NCBI GenBank assembly: GCA_964016885.1
Contig: OZ024741.1
Coordinates: 150,970,001-151,034,000, forward strand
Origin: Eledone cirrhosa
Lineage: Eukaryota
Length of the DNA stretch: 64,000 bases
Direction of reading: 5' to 3'
Each line of letters begins with the position of its first letter. The stretch's first letter is position 1. The translations under genes and the position numbers were made by a program. Below the pieces are notes generated by a model. That model had not been told where the DNA came from and ran no database searches. It saw only the letters and a list, made by a program, of their open reading frames with translations. Shown here in pieces: positions 43,312-57,180 of the stretch.

Positions 43312-43671
43312 CTGCTCGAAGAATCCTACGATCAAAACCATTCCAGTCATTGGCATCACGTTTTTTTTTTCTTTAATAACAAAGGGTGTAAATGTGCCAA
43401 GTCTTCTAAGACGTTGGAATGGATTCTGCACGTGAATTAACTGCTATTTCTAGCTAGATTACCATGGCTCGAGCGAAGTGATGATTGTGTGCATTCGGTC
43501 TCTATATATAATGTTTAGGTGTGTGTTAAAGAGAATAAGATAATACTTCTGCTAATTTGTTTTATAGTATATGTATTATTTATCATTATTCATATAATCT
43601 ATGAATATACAACACCAAAAATTCTTATGTATGTATATATATATATACATATATACATACATATGTATATA

Positions 43672-43751
<80 letters not shown>

Positions 43752-44319
43752 TGTTTGTGTTTGTGTGTGTGTTTGTGTTTGTGCGTGTATGTATGTGAGT
43801 GTGTTTGTGTATGTGTGTTTGCGAACTATTCTTTCTTTTTGTGTTTTTTCTTTGTACACTTTGTAAATGTATAATTTGATCGATGTATTAAAATAAATAT
43901 AGATTTCAAAATATATATTTTACATGGTAGGTTAATTTTCATTTAAATGTATTCTTTTTTCCGGTAGGGCTACAGTGTGACCAAACGTTTAAATGACCAT
44001 CATAACTTGATATAATCATCTGTGGTCTTTCTTTTGAACATGTTCATACATAATGTTTCTGTACATTTTATATTCTATCTTGATATAAATTATACAACGT
44101 TCATATAGAGTAAAACGTCTTTGTATTTTCAAAGGTTGTTACTTTAAACTCTCTGTATTATTTATCGACACATTATCTACATTAATGTAACCAGCAGTAT
44201 TTAGTGATCATAAAACTGGCAGCTTCCATATCTTGACAAGGTATATGGTTACTTTCAAATCATCGAAGATACCAGAACTGTTTCTTGGTTTCTTGCATTA
44301 TATTTTAACTTAACACTTT

Positions 44320-44357
<38 letters not shown>

Positions 44358-44965
44358 ATGTGTGTGTATATATATATATATATATATAAACTGTCCTTTT
44401 TGCGTTTTATAAATAATTCAAGTCTGAGGGGATGGGGTGGGTGACAAATTAATAATATGGAATTTTAGAATTAGTGAAATATATTTTTATACTTTTGTAT
44501 CTACTTCAAAGAATTTTTTTCTTTTTCTCCTTCTCGTATCCCCAGATAATAAATGTTATATAAATTCTTTCACTGCCATATTACTACCATTAACAGTTGA
44601 TTTATTATTATTATTATTATTGACAATAATAATATAAACGTTGATAATATCAAATAAATATATATTTGCCTCTTCTCAGGCTGTCTAATATATTCCTCAT
44701 TTCCATTCGTTACTTACGCTTTAGCGAGAAGTGCACCATGTAATATTTTACACAATGTCTACTTGAAGAATCGCCACAGTTGCCTGATAACAGATGAAAT
44801 GATGATGGCGACGACAACGACGACGACGACGATGATGATAATAATGATAATAGAATATTTACAGTTTTACAGTACACAGGGTCAAATTGCTTCTTACATG
44901 AGAAAGAACTTAGCAAATATCACAGCGGTCTCATTCTGCTTAGTTTCACATTAATTGAGATTCAC

Positions 44966-45039
<74 letters not shown>

Positions 45040-45561
45040 GTAGTAGTAGTAGTAGTAGTAATAATTCCTCCGGAGTTGATAAAAGAAAATGAGAGGACTA
45101 TATTCTTGTGTGGAATATTCAATTGAATATAGCCTTTCTCATCATATTTACGGTTTAATACCGAAATTAGAAATCACAATTGTCATAATTGTTGTTGTAG
45201 TTGTTGTTGTAGTTGTTGTTGTTGATGATGTTGCAGTTGTCGTTAAATAGTCTCCATTTCAACCTACATATATAGGCATTTCGTAGGAAATTAACATATG
45301 AAATACGAACAGGGCAACGCCGGATCAATTATTTTAACATGTAGACATCACAATTAAAGAAAGAATTCCAAGTTAGAATATATTCAAAAATCGATTATTG
45401 TTTATCGATTACTTTATGCTAACGTTGATTATTCCTTGCTGATATGTTTAGTCAGATGAGGATAGGAAGTGCCTATGACGATTTCCGGTCTTCAAGAAAG
45501 GCATGATGTTTGTATATATGTATATATATATATATAGATAGTGTGTGTGGGTGGGTGGGGG

Positions 45562-45683
<122 letters not shown>

Positions 45684-47169
45684 TATGTATTAATGAATGT
45701 TTTCAACGAATTATATTTTCTTTATGGCTTGTGAGAATAATCATTAATATGTATGTTATTTTTTTTTCAATTTCTCCTGTTGTAACGGAGTCGTCTTTTT
45801 CTCTTATCATTCTCAGAAGAGATATGTTTAATTTCTTTTTGTTGCAAATAAAAGTAATGATGATGATAGTGATGATGATGATGATGATGATGATGATGAC
45901 GACGATAATAATAATAATAATAATAGTAATACTAACAATAATAATAATAAAAATGATGTTAATGATGATAATAATTATAGAAGTAATTCATTTTTTGTAA
46001 ATCCTCTCCGGCGAGAAAAAAAAAACTTACGAAAGTTTACTGGTCACCCAAAGAACAAAGAATAATACGCAAAAAACAAACCGAAATACATTCAGTTAGT
46101 TAGTTATTAACAACATATTATTATATAGCTGATTCCTATTCGTATTCCAAGGGTTGTTGAAGCCAATTAACCTCTCCTGTCTTAGACAAGCGCAGCAGAA
46201 GAAAACTGCGTCGATTCGATTGCGAGGTTCGGAGTAATTCATAATGACGTTTGAGAAATTTTCGCTGATGTAGTGAGAAAAAAACTCCCAAATCACAAGA
46301 CACGGGATTTTGAAATATCACAGATGGTGTGTGTGTATGGGTGTGAGTTTAAATATATATGTACGTGAATATATGGCTGTGAATATGTGTAGATATATAG
46401 AGAATGGGAGTAAGATTGATAGATACGTTTTTTGAGGGCGTACGCTACGTAGAAGCTCTGGAATTTTCTAGAATATTAAACGAAACAAGGAATTAGAAAT
46501 ACAATCTATGTTTCTAATGTTTTTGAAGGTAAAAGATAATCGTTGCACTCATAATTTCTATTTTCACATTTTCCTGCATTTCAACCAATCCTCTTGTTTT
46601 TTTTGGTACATTCCCCGTTGCATAGATATAATGAGCTGGAGCACACTCAGTGTGTCTTATCATCGAAGGTTACTGCTAAATTTTGATCCATTACCAAGTT
46701 ATGTCGCAGAGGAAATTCCACGTTTTCTAGAAAGAAAGAAAAAATGATAATTAAGAAAACAATTAACAAAATGTGTGCCTAAACACGATGAGAAGAACGA
46801 ATCCAATACAAAAAGATAGTTAGGGAATATATTTTATTATACAAATAGGCTATGTAGCCAGTAAACCCTAAAGGGACGCAAGACATGTCGCTATAGCGTT
46901 ACACCAGCCCCTTCCTTCTGTTGTTTGTATCTGTTTATGTATTTACGTTTTCCGGAAAAAAGGAAAGATGAGAAATATGGAACAGAGGTTGACTGAATGG
47001 TTATATACCACACATACACACACAGACAAACACATACACACACACAGACACACACACACACACACACATAAGCACACACACGCGCGCGCACATACACTCA
47101 CACACACACACATATATATATATATATACCCACTGCTCTGATTCAATATATATAGTTTGCAAATTAAGC

Positions 47170-47975
47170 CCACAAATTAACTGTATAACTCGGAATGTAG
47201 TATATAGCATAAGATGTACAGAGACAAAGTGTCTGAATAGCAACATGACCTACATAGGTGAGACAGCTCGTAGCATAGGAGAAATGATAAAAAAAACACT
47301 GGTGAGAACTCCAAGATGGGAAAAACTCATCAGTATGTAACATGAGGCCACAGTAGAGAACATCCAGGTAAAATCCATACCCACGGAATGCTCCTACATA
47401 TTACTGAAGCGAGAAAGATAAACGAACTAAACAGATAACATGAGTGGAATAGCAACAAAACTAAACAGATAACATGAGTGGAATAGCAACAAAACTAAAC
47501 AGATAACATGAGTGGAATAGCAACAACCTCACAACTAGTAACTAAGGACAAGATAAAGACATACAGAGACACACAAGAACTAAACTAATAAAACAAACCA
47601 GACTCACACGGATAGACCATGTAACCAACTAGTGACAATAAATAAATGTATGATAAAAGTAAACAAATAAATATATTAAAATAGATAAATGAATAAATAA
47701 ATAAATAAAACATACAAACACACTCACACAAACCCATATATAACGCATGTGCAGCCCAAGTACACAGGTCACAAAAACAAGATGGTGTAGGACAAAACAA
47801 AGGAAAGACTCAGAGGTCACAGAATTTGTGACGAAAGAACTTTGACAATCAACAATAACTAAAGAACCATCCGGTTATTAAACTGACTGGTTGGGAGTTG
47901 AATAAATTGAAGTGAAAACAACAGATGCGTGGGTTTTTATTGGCAGCATGACCCTACAAAGTATGACAATATATA
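47170..47975 (+). mobile_element. Penelope-like element 3' remnant (GIY-YIG, HHR remnant, tail)
   Basis: NCITRNVVYSIRC..C..TYIGETARS. GGTCACA..TGTGACGAAAG at about 47815-47836 and the tail at 47900-47972 match the HHR element at 61691-61983. Confidence 0.7.
47425..47527 (+). repeat. 34-bp tandem repeat, 3 copies, inside a PLE remnant
   Basis: Unit AACTAAACAGATAACATGAGTGGAATAGCAACAA. Confidence 0.9.
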
Positions 47976-49414
47976 TATATATATAGAGAGAGAGGGAGTG
48001 AGAAACAGAAACCCTGACTGGGGCGCCCAGCGATTTCGACTTAAATGTGCAGACAATTCTACCATCACCTTTCTTTACCCTATATGGACATGCATGGGCC
48101 TGTGTGACTGTGTATGGATGTGCATGTCCATGTGCGTAGATATATATGTATATATGTGTCTGGATATGACTATGCATGCATGCGCTCATGCATGTATGTG
48201 AATGTGCCTGTATGGTTGCGTGCATGTATGTGTATGTACGCGAACATGATATATGTGTACATACATGAATATGATTATGCTTATGCCTGTGTGTGTATAC
48301 TTTACCTGCCCTTTCCACCTACTTATCTATTTGCTCTCTAAATTCTTACCTCACGCCATTCCTTCCATTGAAGTAATAATTGATTCTTTCATTCATGCAT
48401 TTCCATGTAAAACCTTTTAAAACTTCCCAATATACTGTTATGTGTGCCTGTATGTATTCAGTATGCATATATACATAGTACATACACGTCATCACTGGTT
48501 ACCAACTCATATAATCCACTTTACCTATTTTAAAGACTTATATTTTACCTGATCTTATTTGATCCTATTAACTATTCTATTTAACCACCTGCACAATTAC
48601 TTTTATATAAACCACTTTTTATAGTTAATTCTTTACTTAAAAATACTCCTTCAGCCTACAAGGTCCATCTATAAATAGTCTTACTCCTCCACCCTCTCTA
48701 TTCCTATTACTCCAGAATAAATGTTCTTAATCAGAATGCTTATGAAACGTGCAGTTACTTGAAGCGTGTAACCAGTAGCATATATAGAATCATAGCAAAA
48801 CTGAAACCCCAAATCAACTATAAACAAGAACTCAGTATCCATAAACTGTACATTTCATTCCATCTAAAAAAAGATAAAACGATAGCTTAGATCATTTACG
48901 GTCAAATTAACATCTATGTAGCTTTCAAACAAAACAGTATTTGTTACACCTTATACAATACTTTAAGTAAATTACAACTCCCTCTTATATATATATTTAT
49001 ATGTAATGTATATATATATATATATATATATTAGTAAAATGAAAAGAAAATGCTGACAAATTTTTCCCAGTGAAAAATAGTTTAATTAGGAATAAGTATA
49101 AATTAGTAATAAGTATTGGTTAGTATTCAGTTTTAGTTTTAAGTTTTTACCGATTGCGCATTTCTAATGCTTTTCTAATATAATTTTGAGATAGAGCGCT
49201 CGTGATGTTTGCTCTAATCAGATTAGAGCAGCATTAGAAATGCGCAATCGGTAAAAACTTAAAACTTAAAACTAAAACTGAATACTAACCAATACTTATT
49301 ACTAATTTATACTTATTCCTAATTAAACTATTTTTCACTGGGAAAAATTTGTCAGCATTTTCTTTTCCTTTTACTAATATATCACAACTCGTGTGTTACA
49401 CCTCTATTTTTTTA

Positions 49415-49562
<148 letters not shown>

Positions 49563-49688
49563 GAAATCGAAAATGCAACTGGAGTCTTATTTAAAAAAAA
49601 AATATATATTTATTTAGTTCATTTACCGGTTTCGCAATTCTTCTGTTTTTCAAAAGTAGAGTTGAGATGGAGGGTCTGTGGTTTTTCT

Positions 49689-49797
<109 letters not shown>

Positions 49798-49986
49798 TAT
49801 ATTTATTAATATAACAGATTAAAGTTTAAGCAAAGAATCGCTGCTTTCACCCTTAACGGGATCTTCTGAAACTAACAAAGTCAATCTGTGAACGCAGAAG
49901 TGAATATTTCAAAAAACGTTGCAACCGGAGGAAGACAGGAAGACGATACTTTGGCTCGTGGCAACATTCCATGGCAAAGATCGGGA

Positions 49987-50061
<75 letters not shown>

Positions 50062-50066
<5 letters not shown>

Positions 50067-51213
50067 ATAGAGGTGTAACACACGAGTTGTGATATATTAG
50101 TTAAAGGAAAAGAAAATACTGACAAATTTTTCCCAGTTAAAAATAGTTTAATCAGGAATAAGTATAAATTAGTAATAAGTATTGGTTAGTATTCAGTTTT
50201 AGTTTTAAGTTTTTACCGGTTGCGCATTTCTAATACTTTTCAAAAATAATTTTGAGATAGAGCGCCCGTGATGTTTGCTCTAATCTGATCAGTTTTGGAA
50301 ATTCTTCCTGTTTTATGTGAAAAAAGTGGCTCCAGAGGTATTAAGATTTGGTTGGTTGTTGAATGTCACGTGAATGAGTACTATAAATTTCGCGCCAATT
50401 CGTGTTGCAAAAATGTTTGAAGTCAAAACAATTTTGATTGGTCGGTAGAGGTCACGTGAATGTTAAACATTGATTTTGCGCCAAATGTAGGTTTGTCGAA
50501 GAGTGTCCTTTTTCGCCTGATTGAGAAGTCACTGAAAAATAAGTCTATTAAGACAAATATGTGTGTGTGTGTGTGTGTATGTAGTAAAGAGGTTCATTGT
50601 TGTGATAATGGTCAGTAGGGATGTGTGTGTGAATTGCAGTCATGTTGAAAGGTCAACAGTTCAGGTGTCTATTAAGACAAATATGTGTGTGTGTGTGTGT
50701 GTGTGTGTAGCAGAGTGGTTCGTGGTAGAGGAAATAAATTCGGTCAGTAGGAATGTGTGTGTACGTGTGTGGGGCATATTTTAACATGTTGAAAGATATT
50801 TTTCAGTTCTTGTCTTATACGGAGAAGTGTGTGTTTGTGTGTGTGTATATGTCTGTTTGTATGTTAGTGTATGCGTGTGTATGTGTATGTGTATGGTGTA
50901 CATTATTCGATATTTTCAGTAATTTGCAAAAAATGTTTGCAAATTACTGAAAATATGGAATAATGTACACCATTTTTACCAGTATCACAAAAATATTGGT
51001 CCATCCACACACACACACATACACACATATACACATATACACACACACATACACACGCGTACACTAACATACAAACAGACATATAAACACACACACACAC
51101 ACTTCTCCGTATAAGACAAGATCTGAAAAATATCTTTCAACATGTTAAAATATCCCCCACACACGTACAGACACATTCCCACTGACCGAATCCCTCTACC
51201 ACGAACCACTCTG

Positions 51214-51261
<48 letters not shown>

Positions 51262-51366
51262 CACACACATATTTGTCTTAATAGACACCTGAACTGTTGA
51301 CCTTTCAACATGACTGAAATTCACACACACATCCCTACTGACCATTATCACAACAATGAACCTCTT

Positions 51367-51400
<34 letters not shown>

Positions 51401-51840
51401 TTGTCTTAAAAGACTTATTTTTCAGTGACTTCTCAATCAGGCGAAAAAGGACACTCTTTGACAAACCTACATTTGGCGCAAAATATATTTTTAACATACA
51501 CGTGACCTCTACCGACTAATCAAAATTGTTTTGACTACAAGAATTTTTGCAACACGAATTGGCGCGAGATTTATAGTACTCATACACGTGACATTCAACA
51601 ACCAACCAAATCTTAATACCCCTGGAGCCACTTTTTTCACATAAAACAGGAAGAATTTCCAAAACTGATCAGATCTCAAAATTATTTTTGAAAAGTATTA
51701 GAAATGCGCAACCGGTAAAAACTTAAAACTAAAACTGAATACAAACCAATACTTATTACTAATTTATACTTATTCCTAATTAAACTATTTTTCACTGCGA
51801 AAAATTTGTCAGCATTTTCTTTTCCTTTTACTAATATATA
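50062..51840. repeat. About 1.75-kb quasi-palindrome (PLE 3'-end fold-back); shorter relative at 49029-49410
   Basis: Arms about 50092-50930 and 50936-51838 around spacer AAATG, with scattered mismatches and indels. (TA)n on both sides. Confidence 0.9.
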
Positions 51841-52304
51841 TTTATATATATATATAGATGTATATATATACATTGAAGTAAACGAGGTATCGTTTAAGGC
51901 ACTCCAGGTAGAGGTTATGAGTAATCTGTACCGTGGAAGATTTTAACGTGCGGTGTTGGTTGACTCAACAAAATGTTTACTTAGTTGTGGTGTTCGGGTG
52001 GCCCATTTCGGATATTTCCTGAGTAAGCAGTTCGTAGAGTTTTAATAATAAAAGAATGAAGAATAACAGAGGTAAGCTATACAGCTTATACGGGGTTTAT
52101 TCTAAGCATTAACATATGTTTCATTGACTAGTATGTGGTTGCATGCGTCTTAAAATCGCTATCTGCAATGATGTTGTGACACTCGATTTTAAATGATGCT
52201 TATAACAGTCAAATAATCGAAAAAAAAGAAGCAAAACAAAGAAAACAAACCAATGAAACACATATTGATGCTTGTCCGCATTATTGTTCATTCTTTCATT
52301 ATAT

Positions 52305-52616
52305 ATCGACCCCGTAAGTTTGCCTTTCATCCTTACGGGGTCGATAAAATAAAGTACCAGTAATGTACTGGGTTATTGCTGGCCTTGTGCCAATAAGTAG
52401 AAACAATTATATATATATATAATGAAAGAATGGCGGTGGATTGGCAGTAGGGGCAGAGGATCGGACGCCATGCTTTGACGCATAGAGTTACGGCCCTTGT
52501 CATTCTGAGTTCCAATCCCGCCGAGGTTAACTTTGCCTTTCGTCCTTTTGGGGTCGATAAAATAAAGTACCAGTAATACACTGGATAATTGCTGGCCTTG
52601 TGCCAAAAGTAGAAAC

Positions 52617-52620
<4 letters not shown>
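52305..52620 (+). mobile_element. Two S1 SINEs (a partial copy with inverted 5' stub, then a full-length copy at 52431-52620)
   Basis: A/B boxes, core and tail as in other S1 copies. Confidence 0.8.
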
Positions 52621-52680
<60 letters not shown>

Positions 52681-52682
52681 AT

Positions 52683-52975
52683 GTAGACGGCTATTTCTGG
52701 ACTAAATTAAGATTTTCAGCGTGGTAAATAAATAGCCGAACTTTTCAAGGGGTAATTCCTTATGTGGGAAGATTGTAGTTGTCAAGAGGATTGGTCAAAA
52801 TTTCTTGTAAACACAATAACGTCTTTCCATGAAACACTTAGTTGTGTTTACAAGAAATCTTGACCAATCCTCTTGACAACTACAATCTTCTCACATAAGG
52901 AATTACCCCTTGAAAAGTTCGGCTATTTATTTACCACGTTGAAAATCCTAATTTAGTCCAGAAATAGCCGTCTAC
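52683..52975. repeat. Family A fold-back with about 134-bp arms, containing the 5' half of the family A hammerhead
   Basis: 52683-52816 versus 52842-52975. Confidence 0.85.
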
Positions 52976-54187
52976 TACCCTAAATATTGAGTACTCTGGT
53001 GCGTTATGTTCCATCTGGCTCCTTACCACATCTCCTTCGTTATATATATATATATATGGAAAAGAAATAAGATTTCGCTTCAAGCATAACTTTATACAAT
53101 ATATATAGAAATTTCGTATTTCTAAACAAATACGGTTTTAGGAAGACGTAGCTATGCAAACACTGGAACCATATGATTCCAGTTCCTCGGAGGACTAACA
53201 ACACACCCAGGAGCCGGACATATCGACGAAGTGGAACATATTTCAACAACATGTTAACCTGTCTTTTCCACATTAATCCGTACTGCCTGAAGAGGTCACA
53301 GTCAATAATAGCTGTCACCAAAATATATATATAATATATATAATAAACAAAGCCAAATTTTACATGTCTGACTTACTTATTTTACATTACTCCGGAGTAA
53401 AGAAATCAACCTTCGTACTTCGTCGAGTGCTCTAATCTGCATACTAGGGTGTCGGTAAACAACCAACATATACTCAAAAATAAAAAATAAATATATATAT
53501 ATATATATACACGCAGATCATTCCACGTACATCCATCAATACCTACATACATATACACATTTGTTACTCATTGAACATAGACAGAAAGTGTCAGTTTTAC
53601 ATCTACCCTGAACACCCTATACGGAAGCCGTATTCATAATCATAACCAGCATTAGTATCACTATCATTAGCCACAGCAATAGTTGCATCCATCTCGGCCT
53701 CCAGCACCACAGACAGACAGTCAGAGAGATCGATCAATAGATAGTTTGGTAGATATGTAGATATATAGATTGTTTAAAAAGAAAGTCATCACAGCAGCAA
53801 CGGCAGCATTACCAACAAGCATTAAAATACCCACCACCGCCACCAACATCCACCTCTCCCCTCCAAGTCAACCCACGACGACGACGACGACGACCACCAC
53901 CACCACCACCACCACAATCACCGCCGTCGCCGTCACAGCTGCCACCGCCACCACCACCACCAACACAACTACCACAACCACGATCACCACCGCCATCGCC
54001 GCCACCACCACCAAAGCAGTAGCTGCTAGAAAGTCATCATTCATTCCTTATCATGAAAACATCTGTTCCTTGGAGAAAATATCAGTCATTCTGAAATCTT
54101 TTACAATTTCCAATAGCTGCAAGCTTTTCAACACAGAATTAGATTGACTTCATAGTTGCCATTGCATCTCCCTCTCTCAATCCGAAA

Positions 54188-54285
<98 letters not shown>

Positions 54286-54358
54286 ATTCCTACCTACCTA
54301 CAATCGTACCTAAGTAACATCCATTTCAATCTAACTATCTATCTATTTATATGTCTCA

Positions 54359-55153
54359 CCAGTCTGTTTGGTAGGACTTTCCGCTCGGCACCTATGGACA
54401 GCTTCCAGAGGTTCCTGGCCTGGCAGTGCTACCGAGAAGCTCTACCGGTTCGTGACAAGATCTACAGGCACGGACGCCCTGGCAGGGATCCTTCCAAGAG
54501 GACGTGTCCAAGATGTGCGCAGGACATTGAAACAGTTCTGCACGCAATTGTACACTGCCCGGGCGTAAGCGACCTGTGGAACTATGCAGAACAACTGCTG
54601 TCGCGTATGGGACAAATACAGTTGACTGCCGAGTCCATAGTAAGGATCAAACCGCCAGACTCTTTCAAAAACGAAAGAGAGGCGGTTTTCCTCTGTACGG
54701 TGGCTATGGTGAAAGAAGTTATATGGTGGACGAGGTTGAGAGGACTGAGGACAGATGCCTTTCTCTCCGGACAACAATTGATTCCATTCTTTAAGTATCA
54801 CTTTAGAAGGAGAATCAGGGTGGAGAGAGAGGCACTGCACCCCAGTAAATTTACTGAAAGGTGGGTGAATGAAGCGAAAATGGCCCGAGTGATTGGGCCT
54901 TCTCTGTTTATAAGCCTGTAGGTTGAGGAAGAGAGCAAAAGGAAGAAAGGAGCACTTGCACAACACGCTCCTTGAGTTGAGGGTTGTTCTATCGACGGGG
55001 TATTAAACAACCCATTTGTGGCGCCTCCCCCCTATTGGGGATTTCGATTGTTGAAATTGTTTGTTTTTATATTTTTACACGACTGTATGTAAAATCCCCG
55101 GCATGTCTTTGTATTGTCCCCTTTCTTGTTGCGCCCTTGTGGCTAATAAAGAA
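54359..55153 (+). mobile_element. L1/Tx1-like LINE 3' end, copy 1 (zf-RVT-like CCHC region)
   Basis: ORF 54394-54921 with CPRC..ETVLHAIVHC. Ends in AATAAAGAA followed by (ATCT)n. Confidence 0.8.
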
Positions 55154-55244
55154 ATCTATCTATCTATCTATATTCCTACCTACCTACAATCGTACCTAAG
55201 TAACATCCATTTCAATCTAACTATCTATCTATTTATATGTCTCA

Positions 55245-56040
55245 CCAGTCTGTTTGGTAGGACTTTCCGCTCGGCACCTATGGACAGCTTCCAGAGGTTC
55301 CTGGCCTGGCAGTGCTACCGAGAAGCTCTACCGGTTCGTGACAAGATCTACAGTCACGGACGCCCCGGCAGGGATGCTTCCAAGATGATGTGTCCAAGAT
55401 GCCCGCAGGACATTGAAACAGTCCTGCACGCAATTGTACACTGCCCGGGCGTAACCGACCTCTGGAACTATGCAGAACAACTGCTGTCGCGTATGGGACA
55501 AATCCAGTTGATTGCCGAGTACACAGTAAGGATCAAACCGCCAGCCTCTTTTAAAAACGAAAGAGAGGCGGTTTTCCTCTGTACGGTGGCTATGGTTAAA
55601 GAAGTTATATGGTGGACGAGATTGAGAGGACTGAGGACAGATGCCTTTCTTTCCGGACAACAATTGATTCCCTTCTTTAAGTATCACTTTAGAAGGAGAA
55701 TCAGGGTGGAGAGAGAGGCACTGCACCCCAGTAAATTCACTGAAAGGTGGGTGAATGAAGCGAAAATGGCCCGAGTGATTGGGCCTTCTCTGTTTATAAG
55801 CCTGTAGGTTGAGGAAGAGATCAAAAGAAAGAATGGAGCACTTGCACAACATGCTCCTGGAGTTGAGGGTTGTTCTATCGACGGGGTATTAAACAACCCA
55901 TTTGTGGCGCCTCCTCCCTATTGGGCATTTCGATTGTTGTAATTGTTTGTTTTTATATTTTTTACATGACTGTATGTAAAATCCCCGGCATGTCTTTGTA
56001 TTGTCCCCCTTTCTTGTGCGCCCTTGTGGCTAATAAAGAA
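55245..56040 (+). mobile_element. L1/Tx1-like LINE 3' end, copy 2 (886-bp tandem period)
   Basis: Near-identical to 54359-55153. ORF stops at 55807 versus 54921, an offset of 886. Confidence 0.8.
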
Positions 56041-56261
56041 ATCTATCTATCTATTTATATGTCTCAATATTTTGTCTATGTGGAATCTACAATTCCCGAT
56101 AGGTTGTAACTACTAGCATCATACTTGTAAACCCAACACGCTGTGGATACCTGTAAGCTTCATATATCAAGTTCATCTGTATGTATGTATTTATGTATAT
56201 ATGTATATCATGTATCAGTGCAATATATGTTTTTGATGCAGTAAACAATTTCAACTTCTGG

Positions 56262-56515
56262 TGGATTGCTTCTCGGTTGCATGTGATAAGTTTGGGCTGA
56301 TAATAGACCTGAAGAAAAAACAGTGGCGATGTCCCAGTATGCACTTGGAAAGCCATATATACCACAATCCATATCTGTTAAAGGGAAAAATATTGAAGGT
56401 TGTAGATAATTCGTCTATCTAGGTAGTGCTCTCTCCAGAACCAGTACCCTGGATGAAGAGATAACCTACCGGCTCTCTAAAGCTTCCGATGCTTTCGGTA
56501 AACTGGAGAAGCTCC
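56262..56515 (+). mobile_element. RTE/BovB-like LINE RT fragment
   Basis: FSVACDKFGLIIDLKK ... [31 protein letters not shown]. Confidence 0.75.
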
Positions 56516-56594
56516 TGATGTCATAATCATAAGGAAAGCTTTCCTGATGATTTCCTTCGAATGAAATAGTTCTAGTCCTGTAGAAGCCATTTCT

Positions 56595-56643
<49 letters not shown>

Positions 56644-56652
56644 CTCTCTCTA

Positions 56653-56689
<37 letters not shown>

Positions 56690-56861
56690 CTTTAATCTGT
56701 TATTTTAATAAATATATATATATATATATGTGTGTGTGTAAAAGGTAAACTGAAATAACAGCACTATCGGTACAGTATATCCCTTCCATATATATATAAA
56801 TATGTATATATATATATATGTTTGTATGCATCTAAATATATAAATGTATATATATGAATAT

Positions 56862-56941
<80 letters not shown>

Positions 56942-56955
56942 AGAGAGAGAGAGAG

Positions 56956-57015
<60 letters not shown>

Positions 57016-57136
57016 ATATGAGTCAGTAGATTTAATATACAGAGAGATATATGCAGGTACAATTGTATAATATTGTTAATTAAATGAATTGTAGTGTATA
57101 TACAATTTCTACTTTTCATCCCAACATCCCAAAATT

Positions 57137-57180
<44 letters not shown>

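Noticed and set aside
53770-54147. Thr/Ala-rich 125-aa mucin-like ORF
   Set aside because: Degenerate (ACC/ACG)n trinucleotide repeat with a TTG start and no other support.
54394-55807. Two intact 175-aa ORFs as a duplicated host gene
   Set aside because: CCHC motif, 3' AATAAA plus microsatellite and 5' truncation identify them as LINE ORF2 C-termini.
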